DNA of 64,000 nt, from contig CAVRNT010000002.1 in NCBI GenBank assembly GCA_963722655.1, positions 206,287 through 270,286 on the forward strand, given 5' to 3'. Both the position numbers and the translations under genes were made by a program. The notes under the pieces are model-generated. The model saw only the letters and a list, made by a program, of their open reading frames with translations, made no database searches and was not told the origin of the DNA. Positions 21,290-31,245 of the stretch are shown piece after piece (positions within the stretch are counted from its first letter, which is position 1; the number at the start of each line of letters is the position of its first letter). The stretch is from an uncultured bacterium (GTDB lineage: Bacteria; Patescibacteriota; Minisyncoccia; UBA6257; GWB1-50-10).

Positions 21290-22745
21290 ATTTAATTGAT
21301 CCACGCACAGCTTCCGCTACGCGTGCCTTGTTACGACTTCACCCGTGTCACCGAGCTTGCCCTGATACGCCGAAGCGCACTTCAGGCATTCCCGGCTCCC
21401 TTGGTGTGACGGGCGGTGAGTACAGGACTCGAGAACGTATTCACCGCGGCGTGCTGATCCGCGATTACTAGCAATTCCAACTTCATGAGGTCGAGTTGCA
21501 GACCTCAATCTGAACTGAGGACGGTTTTCAGGGATTAGCTCCGCCTTGCGGCTTGGCTACCCGCTGTGACCGCCCATTGTAACATGTGTGTGGCCCAGGG
21601 CATCAGAGGGCCATGCTGATTTGACGTCATCCTTACCTTCCTCCGTCTATGAGACGGCAGTCCCTCGTGACACTTGTAACACGAGGTGAGGGTTGCGCAT
21701 GTTACCCCATTGAAGGGAGCGCCTCACGGCACATGCTGACGGCAACCATGCAGCACCTGTGCTTCCGTCCTTGTGAGACGACGCACCTTTCGGCGCGTCT
21801 TCGAAAGCATTTCAAGCCCTGGTGAGGTTTCTCGTTTACCGTCGAATTAAACCACATGTTCCACTGCTTGTGCGAGTCCCCGTCTATTCCTTTGAGTTTT
21901 AAGCTTGCGCTCGTACTTCCCAGGCGGCTGACTTAACGCGTTAGCTGCGCCACCCCGAGGGTCGATACTCGAGACGACCAGTCAGCATCGTTTAGGGCGT
22001 GGACTACAAGGGTATCTAATCCTTTTTGCTCCCCACGCTTTCGCGCCTCAGGGTCAGGAATGTCCCAGTCTGCTGCCTTCGCCTTTGGTGTTCCGCACGA
22101 TATCAACGGATTTCACCCCTACACCGTGCGTTCCACAGACCTCTAACACCCTCTAGTCTCGCAGTTTTCTTGGCATCTCCGGGGTTGAGCCCCGGGCTTT
22201 AACCAAAAACACGCGAAACCCCCTACGCGCCCTTTACGCCCAATAAATCCGGATAACGCTTGGAGCCTTCGTATTACCGCGGCTGCTGGCACGAAGTTTG
22301 CAGCTCCTTATTCATGCTCCGATCAATAACTTTCTAGAACATAAAAGCAGTTTACGACCCGAGGGCCTTCATCCTGCACGCGGCGTCGCTCGATCAGGCT
22401 TTCGCCCATTGTCGAATATTCTCGACTGCTGCCACCCGTAGGTGTACGAGCCGTGTCTCAGTCTCGTCGTTGGGGAACAGCCTCTCAGCTCCCCTACCCG
22501 TCATAGCCTTGGTGAGCCATTACCTCGCCAACAAGCTGATAGGACCTAGGTCGCTCCCAAAGCGGCTTGCGCCTTTGATCTCGCGATCACATCGGGAATT
22601 ATCCAACCTTTCGGCTGGCTATGCCCGACTTCGGGGTACGTACCAGGGTATTACTAACTCGTTCGCCACTGTCCTTGCGGACCGTGCGACTTGCATGCCT
22701 TATCCACGCCGCCAGCGTTCATCCTGGACCAGGATCAAATCCTCT
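21290..22745 (-). rRNA. rrs: 16S ribosomal RNA (~1.46 kb, compact)
   Basis: Reverse complement of 22700-22745 gives AGAGGATTTGATCCTGGTCCAGGATGAACGCTGGCGGCGTG. Reverse complement of 22271-22293 gives GTGCCAGCAGCCGCGGTAATAC. Reverse complement of ~21292-21345 gives AAGTCGTAACAAGG...GGATCA. The expected CCTCCTT tail is replaced by ATTAAATT. Confidence 0.9.
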
Positions 22746-23015
22746 AAGAAAACACAGATGGACACGGGTAGAAATCTATCCGCGCGAATCCGTGTTCAAA
22801 AAAGGGACAACTAAAAAAATCTTTAACTAAAATCCGTTTTTAAGAACGGATCTTTGGTACTGTTGTTATTTGAACTTATTAAGCTACGCCGCATAATGGA
22901 TATTTTTGACGGCAGGGATAAGTATACAAAACGGAAAAGCAATGTCAACTCCTTAAAGCGGGCCGCCAAAGCACTTGCCAAATCCCGCCCGATATGTAAA
23001 AATCGCAGTACTCTC

Positions 23016-23264
23016 ATGAAAAAGGACATTCACCCGAAATATTACCCCAAAGCCAAGGTGACCTGCGCCTGCGGGAATGCTTTCACCGTCGGCGCGACGG
23101 TGCCGGAGATCAAAGTGGAGATCTGCTCTAAGTGCCACCCGTTCTTCACCGGCCGCGAGCAGCTCATCGACACCGCTGGCCGCGTGGAGCGGTTCAAGGC
23201 GAGGAAGATGAAGGCCAAACCGAAGGCGGAAAAGAAGGCCCGCACCGCGAAGAACAAGAAATAA
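23016..23264 (+). CDS. rpmE: 50S ribosomal protein L31
   Basis: [46 protein letters not shown] is the L31 Zn-ribbon form. Start at internal ATG 23016. The upstream track extension has no support. Confidence 0.85.
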   Translation: MKKDIHPKYYPKAKVTCACGNAFTVGATVPEIKVEICSKCHPFFTGREQLIDTAGRVERFKARKMKAKPKAEKKARTAKNKK

Positions 23265-23924
23265 ATGGAACTCAAGACCCAAACCAGGACCGTCTTCGGC
23301 AAGAGGACGAAACAGCTCCGGCGGGAAGGACTCCTCCCGGGGGAGGTCTTCGGCCACGGCACGGAAAACGAGCACGTGAGCGTCTCGGCCAAGGATTTCA
23401 AGAAGGTCTTCGCGGAGGCCGGCGAAACGACCGTCATTCACTTGGTGAATGAAAAGAATGAGAAGGTCCCCGCCATCATCTCGGACGTCGCCTACGACCA
23501 TTTGAAGGACGAGGTGCTCGCGGTCGATTTCCATCGCATCCGCCTGGACGAAAAGCTGGAGGCTAAGGTGCCGGTCGCCTTCGTGGGCTCCGCCCCGGCC
23601 GAAAAGAAGGGTTTGGTCCTCGTACGGGTCACCTCCGAGATCGAGGTGGAAGCCTTGCCGAACGATATCCCCCACCACTTCGAGGTGGATTTGGGCGGCC
23701 TCGATGAGGCCGGCCAGGGCATCTACGTCAAAGATCTGAAGGTTTCATCGAAGGTCAAGATCAAAACGCCGGGCGAGATGGCGATCGTTACCGTTACCGA
23801 ACCTAAGAAAGAGGAGGTGGCCACGCCGCCCGCGCCGATGGCGACAGCGGAGGGTCAAACGCCGGAGGGAGAAACCAAACCGGAGATCGAAACCAAGACA
23901 ACTGAAGAAAAACCCAATAAATAA
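23265..23924 (+). CDS. rplY: 50S ribosomal protein L25 / general stress protein Ctc
   Basis: MELKTQTRTVFGKRTKQLRREGLLPGEVFGHG...VIHLV... is an L25 N-domain with an acidic, Pro/Thr-rich tail. Confidence 0.85.
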   Translation: MELKTQTRTVFGKRTKQLRREGLLPGEVFGHGTENEHVSVSAKDFKKVFAEAGETTVIHLVNEKNEKVPAIISDVAYDHLKDEVLAVDFHRIRLDEKLEAKVPVAFVGSAPAEKKGLVLVRVTSEIEVEALPNDIPHHFEVDLGGLDEAGQGIYVKDLKVSSKVKIKTPGEMAIVTVTEPKKEEVATPPAPMATAEGQTPEGETKPEIETKTTEEKPNK

Positions 23925-23926
23925 AA

Positions 23927-23960
23927 ATAACGAAACGGGTATAAGCCCGTTTTCGTTATG
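23927..23960 (+). terminator. Intrinsic terminator after rplY
   Basis: Hairpin CGAAACGGGtataaGCCCGTTTTCG with a U-rich 3' side, directly after the stop codon. Confidence 0.5.
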
Positions 23961-23973
23961 ATATTATGAGGAT

Positions 23974-25371
23974 ATGTGGCGACGATTGAACGCCTTTTTC
24001 GTTCTGCTCATCGTTTTCCTGCTCGCCGGTCAAACAGCCGCGTGGGCGGCGAGCGCCACCTCGACGGCCTCTTCGACCGTTTCGACTGCATCGTCTACCG
24101 CGCCCTTGACCGACGCCCAGGCCCAACGCCAGGCCCTCGAGGACCAGCTGGCCCAACTGGAACAGCAGATCGAGGACCAACAGCAGCAGATCGACGCCTA
24201 CCACAAGCAAGGCACGACCTTGAGCGTTCAAATCAGCACCTTGAACGCCCAGATCGCCCAGTTGAACCTCCAAATCAAGGCCGTGAACCTCAAGCTTCAG
24301 GAACTGAACGGCACGATCGCCGACACCCAGACCCAGATCGATCAGACCGAGAGCCAGATCGACGCCGACAAGGCCGCCATCGCCGAGGCCATTCAGACCA
24401 TCTATGAATCCGACAGCCAAAGCACGGTGGAGATCTTGCTCGCCAACAACACCCTCTCCGACTTCTTCGGAGCAGTGAATGACATCACGCTCGTCCAAAA
24501 CGATCTGCGGACGACCTTGGACGAGATCGTGAAGCTCCGCCAGCAGCTCCTCGCCCAAAAACAGGAGCTCGCGAGCGAAAAGACCGATACCGAGAACTTC
24601 CAAGCCATCCAGCAAGCTCAAAAGCAGAGCGTCGTCACGACCCAAACCCAGAAAACGACACTTTTGAAGCAGACCCAGGGCCAAGAGGCTAAGTACAAAC
24701 AGCTCCTCGCTCAGACCCAGGCCAGCGCCGCGGAGATCCGTCAGCGCATCTTCCAACTCCTAGGCGGCGGTCAGATGACCTTCGGCCAGGCCTACAGCTA
24801 CGCCAAACTGGCCTCGCAGGCGACCGGCGTTCGGGCCGCGCTCATCTTGGCCATCTTGGACCGCGAGTCAGCCCTGGGCCAGAACGTCGGCAAGTGCTCA
24901 TACAAGACGGCGATGAACCCGACGCGCGACGTGCCCATTTTCCTGACGCTCCTCGCCCAGCTCAACATGGACCCGAATTCCCAGGCGGCCTACGTTTCCT
25001 GCGCCAATTCGGACGGCGCCTATGGCGGCGCGATGGGCCCGGCCCAGTTCATTCCGTCCACTTGGGCGCTCTATTCTTCAAAGATCTCCCAAGTGACCGG
25101 CGACAACCCGGCCAACCCTTGGAACAACTCCGACGCCTTCGTCGCGACCGCCCTTTATATCAAAGACCTCGAGACCTCGGCGTCTTGCGTGAGCTACAGT
25201 CAGCAGATCCCGAGCGATTCCCAGGAACTTCTGGAACGCTGCGCGGCGGCCAAATACTACGCCGGCAACAACTGGTACACCTACCGCTTCTGGTACGGCC
25301 AGCCGGTCGTGAACCGCGCGAACCAGTTCGAGCAGGATATTCAGACCTTGAACGCGGGGAGCACGAGTTAG
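23974..25371 (+). CDS. Secreted coiled-coil protein with a C-terminal lytic-transglycosylase-like (SLT-like) domain
   Basis: Signal peptide [25 protein letters not shown]. About 250 aa of Gln-rich heptad coiled coil. C-terminus [15 protein letters not shown]...[15 protein letters not shown] resembles the ES...G.MQ...TW motif of SLT domains. Confidence 0.45.
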   Translation: MWRRLNAFFVLLIVFLLAGQTAAWAASATSTASSTVSTASSTAPLTDAQAQRQALEDQLAQLEQQIEDQQQQIDAYHKQGTTLSVQISTLNAQIAQLNLQIKAVNLKLQELNGTIADTQTQIDQTESQIDADKAAIAEAIQTIYESDSQSTVEILLANNTLSDFFGAVNDITLVQNDLRTTLDEIVKLRQQLLAQKQELASEKTDTENFQAIQQAQKQSVVTTQTQKTTLLKQTQGQEAKYKQLLAQTQASAAEIRQRIFQLLGGGQMTFGQAYSYAKLASQATGVRAALILAILDRESALGQNVGKCSYKTAMNPTRDVPIFLTLLAQLNMDPNSQAAYVSCANSDGAYGGAMGPAQFIPSTWALYSSKISQVTGDNPANPWNNSDAFVATALYIKDLETSASCVSYSQQIPSDSQELLERCAAAKYYAGNNWYTYRFWYGQPVVNRANQFEQDIQTLNAGSTS

Positions 25372-26102
25372 CGGCCTGCGAAAGCCTTCGCTATCGGCTC
25401 GAAGTCGCCCTCGAGTATCTTTTCGATGTTGTGGAATTTCTTCCCCAGCCGATGGTCCGTGATACGATCCTCTGGGAAGTTGTAAGTGCGGATCTTCTCC
25501 GACCGCTCGCCGGTGCCGATCTGATCACGGCGGATCTGGTCCACCGAACCCACGGCCTGCTCCTTTTGGATATCAAAAAGCTTGGCCCGCAGGACGTCCA
25601 TCGCCTTTTCGCGATTCGCGTGCTGGGAGCGTTCCTCGCGTGATGAGACGACGATGCCGGTCGGCTTGTGGAGGATGCGGACGGCCGTTTCTACTTTGTT
25701 CACATTCTGTCCGCCCGGACCGCCCGCGCGGGAGAAGGTCACTTCGAGGTCGCTCTCTTTGACGTCCACCGCCTTTGCCTCCACGATCGGCAAAACCGCG
25801 ACCGAGGCGGTCGAGGTGTGAATCCTCCCCTGTCTTTCCGTGACCGGCACGCGCTGGACGCGGTGCACGCCCGATTCGTTCTTGAGGGTTTCGTAAACGC
25901 CTTCACCGGAGATCTCGGCGCTCATCGTCTTGTATCCCCGAGCGCCGGACTCCGACGCATCCAAAATCGAGAAACTCCAGCCTTTTTTAGCGGCGTAGCG
26001 CTGGTACATCCGGGCGAGGTCACCCGCGAAGAGCGAGGCCTCGTCCCCGCCCGTTCCGGCCCGAATCTCCAAAATTATCTTATTGATCGCTTTAGTTTCC
26101 AT
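25368..26102 (-). CDS. prfA: Peptide chain release factor 1 homologue lacking N-terminal domain 1
   Basis: Has GGQ ([28 protein letters not shown]) and the RF1-type codon-recognition tripeptide P-V-T in [20 protein letters not shown]. The protein starts at the position equivalent to E. coli RF1 ~residue 105 ([11 protein letters not shown]). Only 37 nt separate it from the upstream fba stop. Confidence 0.8.
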   Translation of the reverse strand: METKAINKIILEIRAGTGGDEASLFAGDLARMYQRYAAKKGWSFSILDASESGARGYKTMSAEISGEGVYETLKNESGVHRVQRVPVTERQGRIHTSTASVAVLPIVEAKAVDVKESDLEVTFSRAGGPGGQNVNKVETAVRILHKPTGIVVSSREERSQHANREKAMDVLRAKLFDIQKEQAVGSVDQIRRDQIGTGERSEKIRTYNFPEDRITDHRLGKKFHNIEKILEGDFEPIAKAFAGR

Positions 26103-26139
26103 ATGAAACCATTTCCCAAACTTTAACGCCTTCTCCGAC

Positions 26140-27123
26140 TTAGAGCCTCATAAAAAGCCGCAGGCGCTTTTCGATCACCTCTTCCATCAGTTCTACCGCT
26201 TCCGGCATTATCTTGTAGGGCGCCACTTCATTCGGTTCGGCTTTGAGCTCATCTTCTACTCCTTTCCGCCAGGCCGCCCGGATCTCGGTCGAGATGTGGA
26301 TGATGGAGATGCCGGCCTCGACCGCCGCGACGAAATCCTCATCTACCGTGCCTGAACCGCCGTGGAGCACCAATGGTATTTTAACCGCTTGCTTAATGGC
26401 TTTGATGCGAGCGATATCCAAGCGCGGGTCTGGTCCGCCGCGGAACATCCCGTGGATATTTCCCACGGCCGGCGCGAGCATGTCGACACCGGTCCCCTGG
26501 ACGAAACGCGCTGCTTCCTCCGGCTTCGTGAGCATCTCCGGGGAAATGGCCGCTCCTTCCGGAATTTTGTCCCAAATCTCCGAATCGGAACCGATATATC
26601 CCATCTCGCCCTCAACAACGAGGGTGGGGTTTATTGCTTTGAGCGTTTGAACGACGGCCTTCGTCTGCGCGATATTTTCATCGAGAGGCAGCTTGCCGCC
26701 GTCGAAAAGCACCTCGTCAAAACGGTTCTCCGCCGCCTCTTTGGCGAGAACGGGATCGTGCGTGTGGTCGGCATTGAGGAAAAGCCAAAAGCCATCGCCA
26801 TTTTGGTCGCCGTGTTCCTTGTTGTAACTGTCCACTAAATCGCGCGTGTGGTGAACGCCGATGTATTTCCTCTCCCCTTCCGAAACGCCGACCAAGACCG
26901 GCACGTTCAGTTTCCGCGCCGCTGCAACCACCGCCTTAAGCTGCTCTAGTCCCGCAATATTAAAATGCCCGAGAGCGATTTTCTTACTCTCCGCTTTATT
27001 CAGCTCTTCTTTGAGTGATCTCATATTATTCAAAGTATAAGCGGCGGCGCGGCGGGGCGCAAAGTGGGTGAAACTTGGCCAAGTGGCCTTGAGCGCCCAC
27101 TTTGCGACATGCCGAGCCGACAC
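26140..27123 (-). CDS. fba: Fructose-bisphosphate aldolase, class II
   Basis: [26 protein letters not shown] and LVLHGGSG are class II FBA/tagatose-bisphosphate aldolase signatures. Confidence 0.9.
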   Translation of the reverse strand: MSARHVAKWALKATWPSFTHFAPRRAAAYTLNNMRSLKEELNKAESKKIALGHFNIAGLEQLKAVVAAARKLNVPVLVGVSEGERKYIGVHHTRDLVDSYNKEHGDQNGDGFWLFLNADHTHDPVLAKEAAENRFDEVLFDGGKLPLDENIAQTKAVVQTLKAINPTLVVEGEMGYIGSDSEIWDKIPEGAAISPEMLTKPEEAARFVQGTGVDMLAPAVGNIHGMFRGGPDPRLDIARIKAIKQAVKIPLVLHGGSGTVDEDFVAAVEAGISIIHISTEIRAAWRKGVEDELKAEPNEVAPYKIMPEAVELMEEVIEKRLRLFMRL

Positions 27124-27125
27124 AC

Positions 27126-28358
27126 CTAAAATTTGATAATCCCCTTGTTAAAATTCTCAATGAGGAGTTTCTCCATAGCTTCTTCCCCGCCCGCGTATCC
27201 TTCGAAGATCTTCGTCCACATGCTCTCCCGCTGGTGGTAGTTGAAGCTTTCGTCCTTCCCTTCCATGAATGAGACGAGGGACATCGCGTTGTCCTCGAGG
27301 TCGAAGCTCACCACCTCCTCCCCGCCGTCGGCGAAGAGGCCGCCCACCCAATCCAGATCGTGCCAGATCTTAAGGTCCAAGTGCGCCTCGGGGGCCGCGA
27401 ATAAAGTGAGGTCGCGCTCTCCCCGCGCCCAGTGCAGCGACTCGGGGTTCACGCGGGGCAGGTACAACCGCGGGTCCGTCGGGTTAATCTTCCAAAGATA
27501 ACGCTGGACGATGAGCCACTCGCCAGGTTCGGCTTTGTATATCTCGGGCACGTCCCCCCGGAGGAGCTCCTTGAAGTTTTTGGCGAAGTCGGGCCCCACT
27601 GAGTACTTCCGAAAAAGCTTGGAGTAGAACTCGATCTCATGGAAGTAGTGGAGGAGCAAAGCGAAGTCCCGCAGGAACTTTCCGGGGATGTTCTCCTTGA
27701 TCGGGTTCACGAAGATGACGCCGAACTCCTTGAGGTGGCTCACGTTGTGGTGCTTCTTTTTGACGAACTCCTCCGAGACCGTCTTCCACTCCGGCCCCAG
27801 GACGGAGATCTCGATGTCGCGCTCCTCGAAATCCTTTGCGGTGAAATCGCCGTAGGCGACGTCGAAGGTCTCGTGCATCCACTCGTCGGATTCCACGAAT
27901 CGCAGGGCGCTCATAAGCTCGGTGACGTCGTGCTTCTTGAGGGCCTCGTCAACGGTTGAAACGCCAAGGTAGGCCAAGAGCTTCTCCGGCTTCCGTTTGC
28001 GCAGGATTTCCTTGCCCAGTTCCTTTTTGAGGAAAAAACCCCGGCCGCACTTCGCTATTTGGCAGGCGAGGCGCGCCGCTTTATCAAACTCGGTCTTGCC
28101 CTCGACCTCACTTAAAAAACTCATCAGGTGCTTCTCGTGGTTCAAGATCGTCTGCCGCAGGACGCTCCGGACGTGGGGCGCGGAACGGTTGGCACTGTTC
28201 AGGACGTCGAGCGTCACGCTAATCATCGCCGCGTTGCGCTCCGCGATGTTCTGGAGAACCCCTTTCCTGCCGATGCGCTCCGCCATCTCCCCGTCGAGCT
28301 TGAGGAGGGCCGCCTGGTCTACGCCCAAGATACTGCCTAAATTTTCCAAGCCGTCCAT
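27126..28358 (-). CDS. Conserved hypothetical protein (410 aa) of unknown function within the sugar-phosphate operon
   Basis: Good coding statistics and operon context, with 2-4 nt gaps to its neighbours. I recognise no motif. Cytoplasmic, with no TM segment or signal peptide. Confidence 0.3.
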   Translation of the reverse strand: MDGLENLGSILGVDQAALLKLDGEMAERIGRKGVLQNIAERNAAMISVTLDVLNSANRSAPHVRSVLRQTILNHEKHLMSFLSEVEGKTEFDKAARLACQIAKCGRGFFLKKELGKEILRKRKPEKLLAYLGVSTVDEALKKHDVTELMSALRFVESDEWMHETFDVAYGDFTAKDFEERDIEISVLGPEWKTVSEEFVKKKHHNVSHLKEFGVIFVNPIKENIPGKFLRDFALLLHYFHEIEFYSKLFRKYSVGPDFAKNFKELLRGDVPEIYKAEPGEWLIVQRYLWKINPTDPRLYLPRVNPESLHWARGERDLTLFAAPEAHLDLKIWHDLDWVGGLFADGGEEVVSFDLEDNAMSLVSFMEGKDESFNYHQRESMWTKIFEGYAGGEEAMEKLLIENFNKGIIKF

Positions 28359-29383
28359 CAGAGTTTTTCTATTTTGATGTTCAAATTTCTAAATCTCGCC
28401 GCTTTGGCTTCGCGCGCCGAGAGTATCCCCTCGGTCGCCCCCACTTTCTCCACGACGGCCGTCGCGTTCGCCGAGGCGAGGCGGATCGCCTCCGCAACCG
28501 CTAGGGGTGAAACGCGTGAGAGGTTTCGGAAAGTGACGTTGGCCTTCATGAGCCCAGCGACGAATCCGGAACCGAAGGCGTCGCCCGCCCCCGTTCGATC
28601 GACCAATTTCTTTTCTTTGAAGATACCGGCGCGGTAGACGTGACGGCCGTCCGAGACCGTGACGCCGTTCCGGCCGCTCGTGACCGCGAGAATCCCGGGG
28701 TTCGTCAGCGCGTCTAGTTTCTTGAAGACCGCCCGTTCGCGCCGGAACGGGATCCCCGTGAGGAGCGCCGCTTCTTCTTCATTCAAGACCAGGAAGGCTA
28801 TTTTCTTGAGCGACTTCAATATCTCCCGCCGGCCGTGCGTCAGATGGTAGCCGGTCGGATTGAAAGCGACGGCGATCCCGCTTTGCCAAGCGAGTTCGAG
28901 GAGCGGCCGGTAAATCTTCTCCGAGCGGCCGGCCAGCGACAGGTACCACCACGCGGCCTTGAGGTCCGTGAGGCGCACATCCCGCAGGCCGAAATCGTTC
29001 GACGCGCCGTGATAGTTCAAAATCGTCCGCTCGCCGCCCTTCGTGAGGAGGACGGAGAAGGCCGTCGGGACGTCGCGGTCGATGGAGATCATCTCCGTCC
29101 CGACGTTCTCCTGCTTCAGCCGGCGGATTATCGCCTCGCCGTTCTCGTCCCGCCCCACCCGGCCGACGCAGGCCGCTTTGAGCCCCTGCCGCGCGAAGGT
29201 GACGGCGGCGTTGGCGGAATTGCCGCCAATCGTCGCGTAGACGCCTTTGACCTCAAGCTTGTCCCCAAAGGGCAAACGGAAGGCCCGGCCGGAAGGTGTC
29301 TTGGCGTACCGCTCGAGCGCCAATCCGGAGGCGTCCAAAAAACAATCCCGCGTCACCGAACCGATGGCGATTATATCTTTCAT
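28358..29383 (-). CDS. PfkB-family carbohydrate/nucleoside kinase (ribokinase-like)
   Basis: GGNSANAAVTFARQG (motif 1) and DRTGAGDAFGSGFVAGL (PfkB motif 2, anion hole). Confidence 0.8.
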   Translation of the reverse strand: MKDIIAIGSVTRDCFLDASGLALERYAKTPSGRAFRLPFGDKLEVKGVYATIGGNSANAAVTFARQGLKAACVGRVGRDENGEAIIRRLKQENVGTEMISIDRDVPTAFSVLLTKGGERTILNYHGASNDFGLRDVRLTDLKAAWWYLSLAGRSEKIYRPLLELAWQSGIAVAFNPTGYHLTHGRREILKSLKKIAFLVLNEEEAALLTGIPFRRERAVFKKLDALTNPGILAVTSGRNGVTVSDGRHVYRAGIFKEKKLVDRTGAGDAFGSGFVAGLMKANVTFRNLSRVSPLAVAEAIRLASANATAVVEKVGATEGILSAREAKAARFRNLNIKIEKL

Positions 29384-30390
29384 TTCCTCGCAATCGCCTT
29401 TTTGACGGCTGCTTTGATGTTCTTGACGCCCATCCCGTACTTCTCGAGAAGCTCCGCCGGCGCGCCGGACTCGCCGAAGGTGTCTCTGAGGCCGACGAAC
29501 TCCATCGGTGTCGGGCGCTTTTTGGCCAAGAGTTCCGCGATCGCGCTGCCGAGGCCGCCCGCGATCTGGTGCTCCTCGGCCGTGACGATAGCACCAGCCC
29601 TTTCCGCCATCCCGAGTATCACCTCCTCGTCCAGAGGCTTTACGGTATGGTTGTTAACGACATAAACGTTTATCTTATCCTTCTCCAATTCCTTGGCGGC
29701 GATGAGGGCGGTATGGACCATTATCCCGCAGGCGATGATCACTGCGTCCGCCTTTTTGCCCTGGGGCTGCCAGAAAACGTCGGCCCGCCCCGGGCGGAAG
29801 GGCGTCCCTTCGGTCGTGATGACCGGGCTCTTCTCGCGACCGAAGCGCAGATAGACCGGTCCCAAGATCTTCGTCACGGCGAGCGTCGCCTTTTTGGCCT
29901 CCAGGGCGTCGCAAGGCACGAAGATTTTTATGTTCGGCATCGCCCGCATTATCGCGATGTCCTCAGTCGCCTGGTGGGTCGCGCCGTCCGGCCCCACGGA
30001 TATGCCCGCGTGGTGCCCAGCGATCTTCACGTTGGAGTTGTTGTAGGCGATGGTGGTTCTTATCTGCTCGTAATTGCGCCCCGGCGAGAACGTGGCGTAT
30101 GAGGCGATGAACGGGATCTTCCCGGAAACGCCGAGACCCGCCGCGATCGTCGCCATGTTCTGTTCAGCGACGCCGACCTCGAAGAACCGGTCGGGAAATC
30201 TCTTGGCGAAGGCCTCCGTCCGGGTGGATTCCGTGAGGTCGGCGCAGAGCGCGACGACGTCTTGGTTTTCCTCCCCCGCCGCGAGGAGTCCCGCGCCGTA
30301 TCCGTCGCGCGTCGGTTTTTGCTCCACGTCGGCGTCGAATAATTTCGGACTAAGGTTTAATTCAGGATTGAGCATATTATTCGTGTTCAC
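29380..30390 (-). CDS. tktB: Transketolase, C-terminal subunit (split tkt)
   Basis: FFEVGVAEQNMATIAAGLG is the transketolase pyrimidine-binding domain. C-terminal domain follows. Confidence 0.9.
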   Translation of the reverse strand: MNTNNMLNPELNLSPKLFDADVEQKPTRDGYGAGLLAAGEENQDVVALCADLTESTRTEAFAKRFPDRFFEVGVAEQNMATIAAGLGVSGKIPFIASYATFSPGRNYEQIRTTIAYNNSNVKIAGHHAGISVGPDGATHQATEDIAIMRAMPNIKIFVPCDALEAKKATLAVTKILGPVYLRFGREKSPVITTEGTPFRPGRADVFWQPQGKKADAVIIACGIMVHTALIAAKELEKDKINVYVVNNHTVKPLDEEVILGMAERAGAIVTAEEHQIAGGLGSAIAELLAKKRPTPMEFVGLRDTFGESGAPAELLEKYGMGVKNIKAAVKKAIARK

Positions 30391-31237
30391 TTCTTATCCT
30401 CCCGCCAAGCGTTCGCAGCTCCTTGAGGGCGATCTTCGCTTCCTCCTTGTTCGGCGCCTTCCCGTGCCAGTTATAATCTCGTTCCATGAAGGAAACGCCC
30501 TTCCCGGGGATGGTGTGGGCGATGATCAAGGTCGGCTTCTCGTATATCGCCTCGGCCTCCGAGACCGCCGCGACGAGCTCGGACATATTGTGGCCATCGA
30601 TCTCCAGAACGTGCCAGTTGAAGGCCTCGTATTTCGCCTGGATATTCTCCAAAGGCATCACGTTCTCCGTAAAGCCATCGATCTGGATGTTGTTCCGGTC
30701 CATTATGGCCGTGAGGTTGTTCAGCTTGTTCTTTCCCGCGAACATAACTGCTTCCCAGAGATTCCCCTCATCGTGCTCGCCGTCAGACATCAGGCAATAG
30801 ATCCGGTTCTTCTTTTTATCCAGCTTCGCAGCCAGTGCCATGCCGATCGCCTGCGAAAGCCCCGAACCCAACGGGCCGGACGTGGTTTCTAAGCCCGGCA
30901 GCGTACCGCGGTGCGGGTGGCCCTGGAGGCGCGAGTCGATCTTCCTCAATGTCATCAGCTCCTCGAGGGGGAAATAGCCGGCGTAGGCCAGTGTCGCGTA
31001 AAGCACCGGGCAGATGTGGCCGTTCGAGAGCACCAACCGATCGCGGTCCGGCCACTTCGGCTGCTTGGGCTTGTGCTGGAGGATGTGGAAATACATCGCC
31101 GTCATCACATCGGCCATTCCCAAGGACCCGGCCGAGTGTCCGGAGCCGGCCTTAAGGAGCATCTCGATCACCTTCTCGCGAATGCGGTTCGCCAGTTCCT
31201 CGAGATATTGGAGCTTCCCTTCGTGGATCGGGGTCAT
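30377..31237 (-). CDS. tktA: Transketolase, N-terminal (TPP-binding) subunit (split tkt)
   Basis: GSGHSAGSLGMADVMTAMYF and SDGEHDEGNLWEA are the TPP-binding motif. Confidence 0.9.
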   Translation of the reverse strand: MTPIHEGKLQYLEELANRIREKVIEMLLKAGSGHSAGSLGMADVMTAMYFHILQHKPKQPKWPDRDRLVLSNGHICPVLYATLAYAGYFPLEELMTLRKIDSRLQGHPHRGTLPGLETTSGPLGSGLSQAIGMALAAKLDKKKNRIYCLMSDGEHDEGNLWEAVMFAGKNKLNNLTAIMDRNNIQIDGFTENVMPLENIQAKYEAFNWHVLEIDGHNMSELVAAVSEAEAIYEKPTLIIAHTIPGKGVSFMERDYNWHGKAPNKEEAKIALKELRTLGGRIRSEHE

Positions 31238-31245
31238 TTTTATTA

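Noticed and set aside
21162-21310. A 3'-terminal 16S intron or insertion hiding the anti-SD further downstream
   Set aside because: No CCTCC(TT) occurs in the 130 nt before the response-regulator gene or within it in the proper orientation. The region instead contains the regulator promoter (TATAAT 8 nt upstream of its ATG).
25368-26139. RF2-type programmed +1 frameshift as an explanation for the short release factor
   Set aside because: The protein carries the RF1-type P-V-T motif rather than the RF2 SPF motif. Only 37 nt lie between its start and the upstream fba stop, with no CTTTGAC shift site or N-terminal coding capacity in any frame.
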